From positions 18,389-82,388 of IMG/VR virus record IMGVR_UViG_3300032288_005778: 64,000 nucleotides of DNA. The stretch is one strand, 5' to 3'. This DNA comes from a virus. The notes under the pieces are model-generated. The model did not search any database. It had not been told where the DNA came from and saw only the letters and a program-made list of their open reading frames with translations. A program made the translations under genes and the position numbers. The first letter of the stretch is position 1. The number at the start of each line of letters is the position of its first letter. Positions 25,470-35,485 of this stretch are shown here, piece by piece.

Positions 25470-25832
25470 TTAATTGTTGGTGTCTGTCAATTCTATCATT
25501 ACATCTTGCTTACTGCTCAAATATTCAACATACTTAGCAGTTATTAGAGAGATTAATCGTTGCTGCTCTATGGGTGGTAGTCCCAAGACCACACCTAAAA
25601 CATCTTCTGCTGTTTTGGGTTTTGCCTTGCCTAAGCCCAAATATTGATCCAACTCAAAACCAGGACGGCAGCCCAAAGCTAAACACAACTCTATGTATTT
25701 CTCTAATCCTGGAGATACCTTACCTGACTGCCATTCACTAAGCGTGCCTTGAGACACGCCAGATAACTTTGCGGCTTTATTTGTGCTTTGAGCGCGTTTG
25801 CATATACTAGTAATCAATGCGCCTAAGTTCAT
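25470..25832 (-). CDS. XRE-family HTH regulator
   Basis: AAKLSGVSQGTLSEWQSGKVSPG. Confidence 0.85.
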   Translation of the reverse strand: MNLGALITSICKRAQSTNKAAKLSGVSQGTLSEWQSGKVSPGLEKYIELCLALGCRPGFELDQYLGLGKAKPKTAEDVLGVVLGLPPIEQQRLISLITAKYVEYLSSKQDVMIELTDTNN

Positions 25833-26440
25833 AACAACCTGATGTAGAAATCATCCCCACTGGCAATATCTATGAAGTTGTAGATATCCAGTACGCTACC
25901 AGTATTGTCCTCAAAGAGTTCAGTATCAGCGATCGCCTCTAAGGTATTGAAACTAGGAATAACCCGACCACTTTCAATAGTCCAGATGGTTCTAGAAATC
26001 AAGGAAAAATCTTGAGAAGAACACATATCTGCTAATACTTGCTTAGTTATTCCCTTCTTTTCCCTAGTGGATTTAATTAATCCCCCTAACCTGTACAACC
26101 CGTCCTTGACCCATCTTTTTCTTTGCTTAGATACAGGGAATTCAACGTAGGGTGTTTGGCTAATAATATCTATGCACTCATAAATGCCTAAGAGCTTACC
26201 TGAATCATCACGAAGTAAACCTGATGCTGCTATAGCTTCTATTAGGTTATACGCAGGACAAGTTTTCCCCTGTTCCATTTGCTTTAGCGCAGTGTAATTA
26301 ACCGCAAAAAACTTGTCAGAACATATCTGCGAGAAGTACCGCAGACTCATTTTTGCATCCTGGCGAGAACGTTTGACCATTACTCCCAGTTTAGCCATTC
26401 CCTCTTTTGTCCATTTTTTTCTGTATCCTGTTCTGTTCAT
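25829..26440 (-). CDS. Tandem XRE-HTH regulator (two similar halves)
   Basis: W...G...LG..(V/I)K..R... and E.G...P..N..EAIA repeated twice. Confidence 0.8.
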   Translation of the reverse strand: MNRTGYRKKWTKEGMAKLGVMVKRSRQDAKMSLRYFSQICSDKFFAVNYTALKQMEQGKTCPAYNLIEAIAASGLLRDDSGKLLGIYECIDIISQTPYVEFPVSKQRKRWVKDGLYRLGGLIKSTREKKGITKQVLADMCSSQDFSLISRTIWTIESGRVIPSFNTLEAIADTELFEDNTGSVLDIYNFIDIASGDDFYIRLL

Positions 26441-26550
26441 ATTTTTTTACCGTTCACATATTCACACAAAATATCATAAATTTTTGTAATTCTCTTGTGT
26501 ATCATGAGATATTATGGTATTATGATATTGTGATACACGAATAAGGAGAA

Positions 26551-26742
26551 ATGAATTTAACAAGAATCAAAGCTAGAGACAAACAACAGATTAGGATTGA
26601 CCCTAAATTGCACCAAAGAATTAAGATTTTAGCCGCAGAACATCACACTGAAATAGGTTTATTAGCTGAACAATTAATTCTTTTAGGCATAGAAAGCTTG
26701 AAAGATGAAAGTACAAGACATGATCAAAAATCATCGCGGTAG
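26551..26742 (+). CDS. Arc/RHH-like regulator divergent from the XRE genes (Cro-equivalent position)
   Basis: AAGGAG RBS; QIRIDPKLHQRIKILAAE. Confidence 0.75.
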   Translation: MNLTRIKARDKQQIRIDPKLHQRIKILAAEHHTEIGLLAEQLILLGIESLKDESTRHDQKSSR

Positions 26743-27082
26743 TGGTCGTTTAGAAGCTTATGCAGTGGCTTTCTCAAAAGAAGTTAGTCAATGGTTTCAG
26801 GTTGGTTTAAAGTTCCTTGAGAGCGATCGCACTATAGTCAAGATTGATTATCTTGATTCAGCGGTAGAGCCAACAATAGAGTTTGATTGTCAAGAGTTAC
26901 TTGAAGAATATCCATTGTCTGTTACCAGCAATAACTACAACGGAAAAACCATTATTATTCAATTTCCGTATATATGGATTGTAAAGCCAAGTGATTTAAT
27001 TTTTTGGAGTAGTGAAGTGGGAAAAAAAGATGCTCAATTCATATTAAGAAAAACAGGTCGCATTAAGTCAGTATCTAACTAA
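26705..27082 (+). CDS. Hypothetical protein
   Basis: Within the early rightward operon. Confidence 0.6.
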   Translation: MKVQDMIKNHRGSGRLEAYAVAFSKEVSQWFQVGLKFLESDRTIVKIDYLDSAVEPTIEFDCQELLEEYPLSVTSNNYNGKTIIIQFPYIWIVKPSDLIFWSSEVGKKDAQFILRKTGRIKSVSN

Positions 27083-27334
27083 ATGATACCACCATTAAGA
27101 TTACCGCCAAAGGATTTTGCTATCCTACCGCGCCCAACCAATCCCCAACCTTGGGAACGGATATCAAAGCCAGCTTATTGGTTTGGAGACAGGCTAAGGA
27201 CAAATCTAGGATGGGGAATATGTTCAGGAGTTAAACGTATAAGCGCAGGGGATTGGCTTTACTACATTGACTTAGACGATAGCTTTTGTCCACATCCGTT
27301 TGCAGAATCAGAAATTAAGGAGAAATTAAAATGA
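27083..27334 (+). CDS. DUF1392-like cyanobacterial phage protein
   Basis: W..IS.P.YWFG......G...G......W.Y.I pattern. Confidence 0.5.
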   Translation: MIPPLRLPPKDFAILPRPTNPQPWERISKPAYWFGDRLRTNLGWGICSGVKRISAGDWLYYIDLDDSFCPHPFAESEIKEKLK

Positions 27335-27855
27335 GACAAATTGCCAAAATCAAAACAAAGAGAAACGATGATGCAGAAATGGTAACAATTGCTTACACCA
27401 TTTTTAACGAAGATAGTGAAGAGCAAAAAACCGTGACTGTACGCAGCAAAGAAGAAGCATCGGAGAGTTTTTACCAGGCACTAGACAGCCTAAGAAGCAT
27501 TTTGATAGATGCAGTGGGATTAGATGCTGATATCTGGAAGGAAGGATTTGTTACTGATTTTGCAATCAAAGATAAAAAGGATTTGGTAGCAATTGGCATT
27601 GGCGGAACATGTGAGATACAAGGCAGATTTGTCACCGTTTTCAGTAAAGATGTATTGATTGAGAAATCTGCTTATGAACACAAGATTGTGTCTGCGGTAC
27701 TAGTTGAAGCTTCTGAATATTTGGATGGTGAACGCGATGGTTGGAAACAGCCCTCTTTGTTCACAATGGAAAGCCTAGTCAATGCTGATGAAGACGAAGA
27801 TGAAGGCGTTGAAGCAGAAGAAGAAAAAGTGGCGGAACTAGCTATTGGCTTTTAG
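27331..27855 (+). CDS. Hypothetical protein with acidic tail
   Basis: AAGGAG RBS; YLDGER..QPSLF. Confidence 0.7.
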   Translation: MRQIAKIKTKRNDDAEMVTIAYTIFNEDSEEQKTVTVRSKEEASESFYQALDSLRSILIDAVGLDADIWKEGFVTDFAIKDKKDLVAIGIGGTCEIQGRFVTVFSKDVLIEKSAYEHKIVSAVLVEASEYLDGERDGWKQPSLFTMESLVNADEDEDEGVEAEEEKVAELAIGF

Positions 27856-27936
27856 TTTGTATACAAAAAACTCCGTTGTTTGACGGAGTTTAAAAAACAA
27901 ACAAAAAATATTAGCATCTATTATCTTGTCAAAAAT

Positions 27937-28143
27937 ATGGTACAAACAACAATCAAAGAAAGTGATTACAAAGTAGGGGATAAAGTTGAGTACAAACATC
28001 CTAGTGATGGGTGGTTGAAAGGTGTTTTTATTGGTTTCCATACCCCAGGATTAGCCCCTCCGGGGTGTAGATGGAGTTTTATAGAGATTTGTATCAACGG
28101 GAAATTACACAAGGCTTATTCTTTAAATCAGATTAGAAAATGA
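27937..28143 (+). CDS. Hypothetical protein (SH3/Tudor-like)
   Basis: YKVGDKVEY...W..G; ATG at 27937. Confidence 0.55.
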   Translation: MVQTTIKESDYKVGDKVEYKHPSDGWLKGVFIGFHTPGLAPPGCRWSFIEICINGKLHKAYSLNQIRK

Positions 28144-28367
28144 AAAGCTGTTTAAATTGTACCCTGTCAGGGTTTATCATTGAGAAACATGGCGAAATTT
28201 ACACTTACGAAGGCGACTGCAACAATACTTATTTCCCTCTCACGGAAATAATCAAAGTTCTTAAATGTAAAAAGGATGATAAGCAAGAACTGAAAAATGA
28301 ACTAGAACCAATATTTGCAAAAGTCGGGAGCAAGTGCAGGTTTTACGATCCTGTATCCCAACAATAA
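28140..28367 (+). CDS. Small Cys-containing hypothetical protein
   Basis: CxxC...C...C; ATGA overlap. Confidence 0.55.
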   Translation: MKSCLNCTLSGFIIEKHGEIYTYEGDCNNTYFPLTEIIKVLKCKKDDKQELKNELEPIFAKVGSKCRFYDPVSQQ

Positions 28368-28373
28368 GAGTTA

Positions 28374-28402
28374 GCAGCCACCTAAGCGGGTGGCTTTTAT
28401 TT
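28374..28402 (+). terminator. Intrinsic terminator
   Basis: agccacc-taagcg-ggtggct-tttattt. Confidence 0.7.
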
Positions 28403-28503
28403 GCACAAGTGTCTTAAAAGCGGAGTGTATAAAATTAATATGCAATCACTTATTGACAAACGGTAGTGAACGGTAGTAAGATAATCTTATTCAATAAAAT
28501 AGG

Positions 28504-28764
28504 GTGGTTATGAGTAAGAAAAATGAGTTCGATTACAGTACAATTGATACTTATGGAGTAGCCGTCATTGTAGTATTGGCAGTGTCAGGTCTCTTTGCGA
28601 TTTTTTTAATCTTTGCCATATCCCAGCTTCAGTTTCAGGCAAATAATTCAAACCCTGAAGTAGTTGCACAAAAAGCAGGAGATTTTCGTGCAAAAAACTC
28701 TGATACGGAAGAGTTGATCTTTCATAATTTTGTTTTAAACGAAGCCATTAGCAATGATTGGTAA
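28504..28764 (+). CDS. Small membrane protein
   Basis: One TM helix; TTGACA promoter upstream. Confidence 0.55.
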   Translation: MVMSKKNEFDYSTIDTYGVAVIVVLAVSGLFAIFLIFAISQLQFQANNSNPEVVAQKAGDFRAKNSDTEELIFHNFVLNEAISNDW

Positions 28765-28785
28765 ATTTTTTGGAATAAAGGCAGC

Positions 28786-29175
28786 ATGATAGACAGTAAG
28801 GGATCTGGAGAAATTGGTGTAAATCCACGCACACCAGATAAATGGTATCTGGTTTTCCAACAAGAGCCTGGTTTTTTAACAACTCTTTGTTTTGATCCAG
28901 AAACACGCAAGATTTACCCGCAGGAAATCACTGACGAAAATTTTGTTGCTTCACTGGAAGTACCAGAGGATATCGTCGGGATATTCAAAACGATGTTAAA
29001 TCAAAGCGGTTGGACTAGAATAGCAAATAAATTAGGTGGTGAGCCAAAAAAAGTAACTTGGAAGGATGGGGAATACAAGCTTTGCTTGACCTGCAAGAAG
29101 CAGGGGATGGAAACCAGAACCAGGAGCAAAACTGGTTACTGTCGCAAACATAGACCAAATCCAAAATATTTGTAG
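28786..29175 (+). CDS. Hypothetical protein with C-terminal CxxC..CxxH
   Basis: CLTC...YCRKH. Confidence 0.6.
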   Translation: MIDSKGSGEIGVNPRTPDKWYLVFQQEPGFLTTLCFDPETRKIYPQEITDENFVASLEVPEDIVGIFKTMLNQSGWTRIANKLGGEPKKVTWKDGEYKLCLTCKKQGMETRTRSKTGYCRKHRPNPKYL

Positions 29176-29186
29176 GAGCAAAAGTA

Positions 29187-29438
29187 ATGACTCATTTTAT
29201 TTGTGTACCAAGAGGATCTGACAATGACCTTATTGGTGGTTTTCAACTCGACGCTATGAAAGCGTATCAATATACTCCCAAAGGTTTTATCGACAAAGCA
29301 TTAGATAAAGCCAGGGAAACAGCATTGTTGAAAATTGTGATTGGACCAGAAAATCAAACACTTTATTTCTTTGGGGAAATAGCTGATAATCTTTTATCTC
29401 AAATAGAGGATAAGCTTTTTGACAAATTAAATAAATAA
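29187..29438 (+). CDS. Hypothetical protein
   Basis: AGGAG RBS. Confidence 0.65.
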   Translation: MTHFICVPRGSDNDLIGGFQLDAMKAYQYTPKGFIDKALDKARETALLKIVIGPENQTLYFFGEIADNLLSQIEDKLFDKLNK

Positions 29439-29589
29439 TTAATATTCAACTCAAACATACAAAAGCCCTGGATGATTCCGGGGCTTTTCTTTTGCAAAAC
29501 TATTAGATAGCATCAAAACCATGTATATCAATGGTGGTTTTAGTTAATTCTTTAAACTAGCCTTTAGTTTTCATCTTTTATTCTCCAAA

Positions 29590-29880
29590 TTATTGACTTC
29601 TAAGGACTGATGAGTTGTATTCTTTTTCTGTAATTGGCTGCCACCCGCCAGGGACTTTCTTTAAATTCGTACAGCAGCACGGTATTTGTCTAAAGCTATG
29701 GCACATCCACACTTTTTGAGATTTAATCATTTCCCTTATTTCCCAGGGGTCAGGGATTCCGCAGGCTTGTCCAGCACCTTCAAAAGGGCAATATTCGTCA
29801 CAGGGTAATCTATTCTCATCCACTAATTCTGGGTCTATAGACCCTAATGTATCAGCATCAAGACCATATGTATTAATCAT
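29590..29880 (-). CDS. Cys-rich hypothetical protein
   Basis: PC..YCPF...CH...C. Confidence 0.55.
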   Translation of the reverse strand: MINTYGLDADTLGSIDPELVDENRLPCDEYCPFEGAGQACGIPDPWEIREMIKSQKVWMCHSFRQIPCCCTNLKKVPGGWQPITEKEYNSSVLRSQ

Positions 29881-30066
29881 GTTTTTAGTTATTTAATGCG
29901 TCCCAAACTATAAACAATAATAACAGGAAAACAATTCAGGTCAACCTCTTTTAGCAAAGGATCACCTTTACTTATTTTCCACTTAGTATATAAAAATCTT
30001 TTATGGTACTATCCCCAAGTTACTAGCGATTAAGTTATTGTAGTTTTGTTGAACCTCAAAAAAGTT

Positions 30067-30255
30067 ATGGCAAATAAGAATGCTGTGCCACCTAAAGAAG
30101 CACAGTTTAAACCCGGATGGAAGTCCGGCAAAACCAAGGCTATCAAAGTTCCAATGGCTTTGGAGAAGGAAATTAGAGCGATCGCTTTAATACTGGACGA
30201 AAACCCCAGTATTTTCCCTGAAATACTAGAATTTGCCAAAACACTGGCGAAATAG
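30067..30255 (+). CDS. Small DNA-binding-like protein
   Basis: FKPGWKSGKTKAIKVP motif common in cyanobacterial mobile elements. Confidence 0.55.
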   Translation: MANKNAVPPKEAQFKPGWKSGKTKAIKVPMALEKEIRAIALILDENPSIFPEILEFAKTLAK

Positions 30256-30397
30256 TATAATATACAAAAAGCCACCGCACTGTTGTCAGCAGCACGATGG
30301 CAGCCCCTACTCACGTCTTTATAACTAGGAGCATCTTAATCATGAATCAAAATCAAAAAATTGTCAACAGACTGTTGCACGTCCGTAGAGGTGTGTA

Positions 30398-31459
30398 ATG
30401 GGGGAAACAATAAGAGTCCAGCATTCCAAGAACTATACTGTAATAGCCAACGCGGCTATTAGAGATACGCGGTTGAGCTTCAAAGCGCGTGGACTACACC
30501 ACTTGTTACTTTCTTATCCAGATGGATGGAAAGTCAGTATAGAACATCTGTCTACACAGTCCATAATGGACGGCGAAACAGCCGTGAAAACAGGTCTTCA
30601 GGAACTAGAAAGACTTGGGTACTTAACCCGTGAACAAGTGCGAGAAAAGGGGAAAATCGTGGGATACGAGTCCACGATCAGAGAAGTACCGAGCGAAAAT
30701 CCGCCTGCGCCCAAAAGCAGGCGAGGTAAACCACAAGTGGAAAATCCACAAGTGGAAAATCCACAAGTGGAAAATCCACAAGCGGAAAATCCACAAGCGG
30801 AAAATCCACAAGCGGAAAATCCAGTACATAATAAATACTTATTCCAAGAAGTATTTAAGAAAGAAATATCTAAAGAAAGCACAGAAGAGGATTTAAGCGG
30901 ACAAGAGTTAACTGGACAAGAGTTAAACCTAAACCACTCTAGACCTTCTGATTTAAAAGGAAGTCTTTCCCATAAACAGATATCCCCTCTAGAGGGTCAA
31001 TTTGCGCCCGCCGCGCCGGGGCGTCTTGACAAAGCGAATATTGCTGAACCGTTTGGAAGACCGCGCAAGACGGCTAAAGAAATAGCCTGGGAATGGCTAC
31101 CAGATGGGCCGTGGAAGAAAGAAGGACAACTGGACAATGAGTTTTGGCAATGGCTCGCGCTGCAGTGGATGTCGCAGTTTGCCACTGACATCCACCAGGC
31201 GAGGGCTAACGTCTACAGCCACTTCAAAAAAGACAGTAACAACCTAGAAATCCGATGGAAGGAATATTCCATCAAAACTAAAAAAGAAGTGGCTTTAGTC
31301 CCTCTTCCTGAAGCTGTATTGATATGGCAGCCAGGGCAGCACCAAAGAAGATGGGAGCAGTACATCAACTGCAAAAGCCTAGAAGAATTTTACCAACAAT
31401 GCAGTTGGAATCAAGCGTATTTGGAGTACGCATTAATCAATCAACCCAGTTTTGATTAA
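30398..31459 (+). CDS. Phage replication initiator (HTH) with internal iteron-like repeats
   Basis: NYTVIAN..IRD.RLSFKARGL..LLS.P.GW; directly upstream of dnaB. Confidence 0.85.
   Translation: MGETIRVQHSKNYTVIANAAIRDTRLSFKARGLHHLLLSYPDGWKVSIEHLSTQSIMDGETAVKTGLQELERLGYLTREQVREKGKIVGYESTIREVPSENPPAPKSRRGKPQVENPQVENPQVENPQAENPQAENPQAENPVHNKYLFQEVFKKEISKESTEEDLSGQELTGQELNLNHSRPSDLKGSLSHKQISPLEGQFAPAAPGRLDKANIAEPFGRPRKTAKEIAWEWLPDGPWKKEGQLDNEFWQWLALQWMSQFATDIHQARANVYSHFKKDSNNLEIRWKEYSIKTKKEVALVPLPEAVLIWQPGQHQRRWEQYINCKSLEEFYQQCSWNQAYLEYALINQPSFD
30731..30823 (+). repeat. 6 x 15-bp tandem repeat CCACAAG(T/C)GGAAAAT, putative ori iterons
   Basis: Three GTGG then three GCGG units, followed by an AT-rich stretch. 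Confidence 0.85.
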
Positions 31460-31504
31460 TCCAAGCATTTATCCGCATAACAATTAACAGCACCCAGGTC
31501 AACC

Positions 31505-32842
31505 ATGTTTACTCAAGAAACTTTAGTACCCCCTCAAAGCATTGAGGCTGAAGAAGCTATTTTAGGCGGGATCTTATTAGATCCCGAAGCTATTGGACGG
31601 GTGCGCAACCTTTTGATACCCGAAGCTTTTTATGTTGATGCACACGCAGCCCTTTATAAGGCTGCTTTATACCTTCATGCTCAACACAAACCTACAGATT
31701 TACTGTCTATGGCTAATTACTTAGCTGATAACGATCAACTAACAAGAGTTGGCGGTAGGAATAAATTAGCTACATTGATAGACCGTACCGTTTCGGCTGT
31801 CAACATTGACGCTTTAGCAGGGTTGGTTGTGGAAAAATACCAGCGACGACAACTAATCAAGACCCTTAACGAGTCATTAAAAATAGCATGGGACGCTTCT
31901 TTACCTATCCATGAAGCTATTGAAGAATGTCAACGGAAGATTCTGGATACAAGCACTACCGAAACAAAATCAGAATTAGTCCACATCAGTAGTGCTGTGA
32001 CATCTTTGTACACAGAAAAATACGAGATTCAAAAAGGGGAGCAACCCGCCCCTATCAAAACAGGATTTTATGATTTAGACAATCGTTTAGGAGGGCTGCA
32101 TAAAAAATTACTTTACATCTTGGCCGGGAGACCAAGTATGGGGAAAACCGCTTGTGCCATGGCGATCGCGTGGCACGTTGCTAACTCTTTAAGAGAAAAT
32201 GTTTTTGTATTTTCCTTGGAAACATCCAAGGAAGATTTAGCGGTTAGGTTAGCCGCCAAGATCACTCGAACCTGCCTAAATCAGTTTGTAAAAAACCAAC
32301 TCACCCAAAGTGAATGGAATGAGTTTTTCAGTCTAACTCAGTCACAAATACTTGCTGATTCAAGACTGTTTGTTTGTGACAATTTTAGTATCTCTCCTAT
32401 GGAAATGAGAAATACAATTAGGCAAAAAAGAGCCAGGACTGGGGACGTGGGACTGATTGTGGTGGATCATCTCACCTTGCTTGCTAGAAATGACAAGTCC
32501 AACGGCAGGGACTTTCGGATCAAAGTTGGTGACACGAGCCGGATGCTTAAAGAATTAGCAGGAGAACTTAATTGTCCGGTGCTGGCTTTGTCTCAATTGA
32601 ATCGAGCTACTGAAAGCCGAACAGACAAGAGGCCTACCATGGGTGACTTATCCGAAAGCGGGAATATTGAACAGGATGCAGATGCAATCACGATGATCTA
32701 TCGTGATGAATACTATAATAGAGAAACCACAGATGTAGGTGTAGCTGAATTGATTACCACAAAGGCACGTAACGCCGAAACGGGAACAGATAGGCTGCTA
32801 TTTGACGGACAGTATTCTGAATTTAAGAACTTAGCTTACTAA
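31505..32842 (+). CDS. dnaB: Replicative DNA helicase
   Basis: PPQSIEAEEAILGG, AGRPSMGKT, FSLE, VVDHL, LSQLNR, DLSESGNIEQDAD. Confidence 0.96.
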   Translation: MFTQETLVPPQSIEAEEAILGGILLDPEAIGRVRNLLIPEAFYVDAHAALYKAALYLHAQHKPTDLLSMANYLADNDQLTRVGGRNKLATLIDRTVSAVNIDALAGLVVEKYQRRQLIKTLNESLKIAWDASLPIHEAIEECQRKILDTSTTETKSELVHISSAVTSLYTEKYEIQKGEQPAPIKTGFYDLDNRLGGLHKKLLYILAGRPSMGKTACAMAIAWHVANSLRENVFVFSLETSKEDLAVRLAAKITRTCLNQFVKNQLTQSEWNEFFSLTQSQILADSRLFVCDNFSISPMEMRNTIRQKRARTGDVGLIVVDHLTLLARNDKSNGRDFRIKVGDTSRMLKELAGELNCPVLALSQLNRATESRTDKRPTMGDLSESGNIEQDADAITMIYRDEYYNRETTDVGVAELITTKARNAETGTDRLLFDGQYSEFKNLAY

Positions 32843-33003
32843 CACATCAACAAAAGTAAATAATTACCAATTACCCGCTTATACCAAAGTGGGTAATTTT
32901 ATCTATATGTCTATAAACGTATTTTTATTCCTATAAGTATTTAACATTTGATTTTATCATGCTAGATTGATTGCATCCATACACAATCACAAAGCGAGAA
33001 TTT

Positions 33004-33225
33004 ATGAGCGGAAAGCCAGAATACGGTGAGATCAAGACTCCTAAGCAAATTATGATTACCAACGACGCTAAACAAGCCTATAGTGCTTATGCACGTTCTA
33101 TAGGCACTAGCAGAAATGACTTGATTGAGCAAATGGCGCGAAACCCTGATGTATTAAGGGGTTTAGCCGATTTTGTGGAAAACAGAAAAAGTTTTCCAAA
33201 ACCACTTGACACTTCCATCTTGTAA
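33004..33225 (+). CDS. RHH-like small regulator (paralog of 25255..25461)
   Basis: YGEIK.PKQIMIT...LIEQMARNPDVLRGLADF. Confidence 0.65.
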   Translation: MSGKPEYGEIKTPKQIMITNDAKQAYSAYARSIGTSRNDLIEQMARNPDVLRGLADFVENRKSFPKPLDTSIL

Positions 33226-33319
33226 TGATATTATAGATATATAAACAAAAACGACCGCCCCTCCGACCAAGAAGTAAGCAGCCGCTTTGTTTTTATCCCA
33301 TAAACAGGAATAGTTTATC

Positions 33320-34129
33320 ATGGCACATCAAGTCTATACTGTCAAGTTTTTACTTAAAAAAGGAATTAGCTACTGCAAAATGGTAGCTAAAGAGTTAGGT
33401 GTTACCCCAGAGGGTGACAAAAGACAATTATTCACCTGGGCTGATGCTATCGTCAGTCACCAGGCTAATTTACAGTTTGTAGAAACTCAAAAACAGCAGG
33501 TTGTTATTGAATACATCAAAGGTTTGACAACCTGCGACTTGGCAGCGTATGTCGTCAAAGATTTAGACGGGAAAATTGTCAGAGACGATTTTCGCACTTA
33601 TCTCAGTGCGGAGTCTTGGGCTGCCAAGAGATTTAAAATAGTTGAGCAACAAACTATCGCCCAACAAGAGATTGTGAATCTCTTGGAAGAACAAATTAAT
33701 GAAGTCACCGAAAAGGTGACAATTCATGAAATAGACTTCGGCGTAACCGAAGTCCGTCAAGGACAAGACATTGTAGCTACCATTAGCCACAATCTTGATA
33801 ATGGGAACTGGGATGTCCAGTTCTTTGATAGACTTGAAAGTTTTTTAACCTACGCAGAGGCAGAAGCCTTTGCAATTAATTACATGGATGATGGGCGGGG
33901 TAGCGGCAGGATTCTACCTATATCCCAAGCTGAAAATTATACTCTTGAAGATCAGCGGGTCTGTGATCCGCTGGGCGAGCGCTACACAGTTCGCTTAATG
34001 GGACATTTAGCAGGTAATATCTGGCTAGATATTGACAGAGGGTGGACACTCGGGAGTGACTACTATAGCGACCCAATGCAAGCCGCCAAAGCACTAGCTC
34101 TTTTAACTAGAAGAGAGTTGGTAGCATGA
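33320..34129 (+). CDS. Cyanobacterial phage hypothetical protein
   Basis: Own TTGACA promoter; GV.PEGDKR..W..AI and DGRGSGR motifs. Confidence 0.7.
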   Translation: MAHQVYTVKFLLKKGISYCKMVAKELGVTPEGDKRQLFTWADAIVSHQANLQFVETQKQQVVIEYIKGLTTCDLAAYVVKDLDGKIVRDDFRTYLSAESWAAKRFKIVEQQTIAQQEIVNLLEEQINEVTEKVTIHEIDFGVTEVRQGQDIVATISHNLDNGNWDVQFFDRLESFLTYAEAEAFAINYMDDGRGSGRILPISQAENYTLEDQRVCDPLGERYTVRLMGHLAGNIWLDIDRGWTLGSDYYSDPMQAAKALALLTRRELVA

Positions 34130-34341
34130 AAACAACCAAAACCAGAGCCTACCAAAAGGCTTTAGAAAATGCTGGAGTGCCAAAAAATCTAGCCCGCAAC
34201 GCAGCCGTTGTGCTGCGGGCTGATGAGTTCAAAGTTCCCCGTACAGAGCGGGGACAAAGGATAATTGAAGAGTTATTCACCCAGCATCCCAAGACGCTGT
34301 TTATGATATCGAAGATCAGACGAGTTTTGTTCTCATCATAA
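34126..34341 (+). CDS. Hypothetical protein
   Basis: ATGA overlap. Confidence 0.55.
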   Translation: MKTTKTRAYQKALENAGVPKNLARNAAVVLRADEFKVPRTERGQRIIEELFTQHPKTLFMISKIRRVLFSS

Positions 34342-34529
34342 AAACAGTGAAACTACTGGGAATAGTGGTATACTATCCAGCAGTTCCAAGCTCCAAAGAA
34401 CCCTTTCTTTGCGAGCAATATCAGAGGACAAAGGACTCTGATTACCTTCCTTTTTAATCCGACTAGGCTGGGTGCGATGCCTTTATATCCGCACACTTGA
34501 AACAATGAATCAGGCAAGAAACCAAGATT

Positions 34530-35396
34530 ATGTTAACCCTAGATGTTCTGGCTCAAGACGAATTTCGTGGAAACGTTGGCAAGCTTCCAGTTTGCCAACT
34601 ATTAAATGACAAATCAAAACCGGGCTTGTTTATCAAACTGAAAGACGCTAAGTTAGCGGGCTGGACTGAAAAAAGCCAAGTAGAGGTGTATACCCATACC
34701 TATAACGACGAATCTTCAGAAGCGGGGTATTTTTTTTCCAACCCCAAAATCCACATCCTGGGTATCAGCCCCAGGCTGGTCGAAGTGACCAAAAAAGGCG
34801 CTCAAGACAAAACCTTCCCGTTTTGGGAACAAGGTACACTCATAGCAAATTATGAAACCCCTGAAGGTCAGGTGGTACACCACAATAAATTAACTAAATA
34901 TTGTACAACCCTTCGCACCTACTACTTAATTCAGCTACTCGATGCTGAAAATGAGTTTTTCCACAAACTCCCGTTATTGTTGAGTGTCAAAGGCGCGGCT
35001 GCTGCCGAGTTTGGCAAGGCCTACACTGCATTCTGTCAGATGGCCGAGGCAGCGTTAACTCAACTGAAGTCTCCTGATGGGACTTACTTGACGTTGAACG
35101 ATCAGGCTAGAGCAGTCCTAATATTTAGCCCCAAGTTTAAGTGGGTGTTAGCAGGGGATAAAGAAAAGTCGCCAGTATGTGCCGTTGAGTCCTTTTTAGA
35201 GCCTAGCGGCAAAGACGAAGCTGAGTTAAACAAAAGCTTTAATTTAGCCAAAAGTAAGCAAATTGTGGGAACTCAAAAATCGTTCCAATCTTTCACAATT
35301 GCTGCTCTCAAACAACTGGAGCGATTTCATCCTGTACCTGAAAACATTGACCTTGGACTTAGATCAGCGCTACCACCAAGCGACGTTGATTGGTAA
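34530..35396 (+). CDS. DUF5895-like protein (possible ssDNA-binding/recombination function)
   Basis: LP.CQLLN...GLFI......AGW; LLD.EN...H..PL.L..KG.A...F; acidic-aromatic tail DVDW. Confidence 0.55.
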   Translation: MLTLDVLAQDEFRGNVGKLPVCQLLNDKSKPGLFIKLKDAKLAGWTEKSQVEVYTHTYNDESSEAGYFFSNPKIHILGISPRLVEVTKKGAQDKTFPFWEQGTLIANYETPEGQVVHHNKLTKYCTTLRTYYLIQLLDAENEFFHKLPLLLSVKGAAAAEFGKAYTAFCQMAEAALTQLKSPDGTYLTLNDQARAVLIFSPKFKWVLAGDKEKSPVCAVESFLEPSGKDEAELNKSFNLAKSKQIVGTQKSFQSFTIAALKQLERFHPVPENIDLGLRSALPPSDVDW

Positions 35397-35485
35397 TTAG
35401 CAATACAGCGTTAGTCAAGTTAACAGATTTGACTAACGCTACAAAGTAGTCAATTTAACAATAAATCCGCCCTAAGCGTCAAACC

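Noticed and set aside
30598-30896. Repetitive ORFs in alternative frames (WIFRL, HKWKI, CGFSA) and a possible CRISPR call
   Set aside because: Shadows of the 15-bp tandem repeat; no spacers
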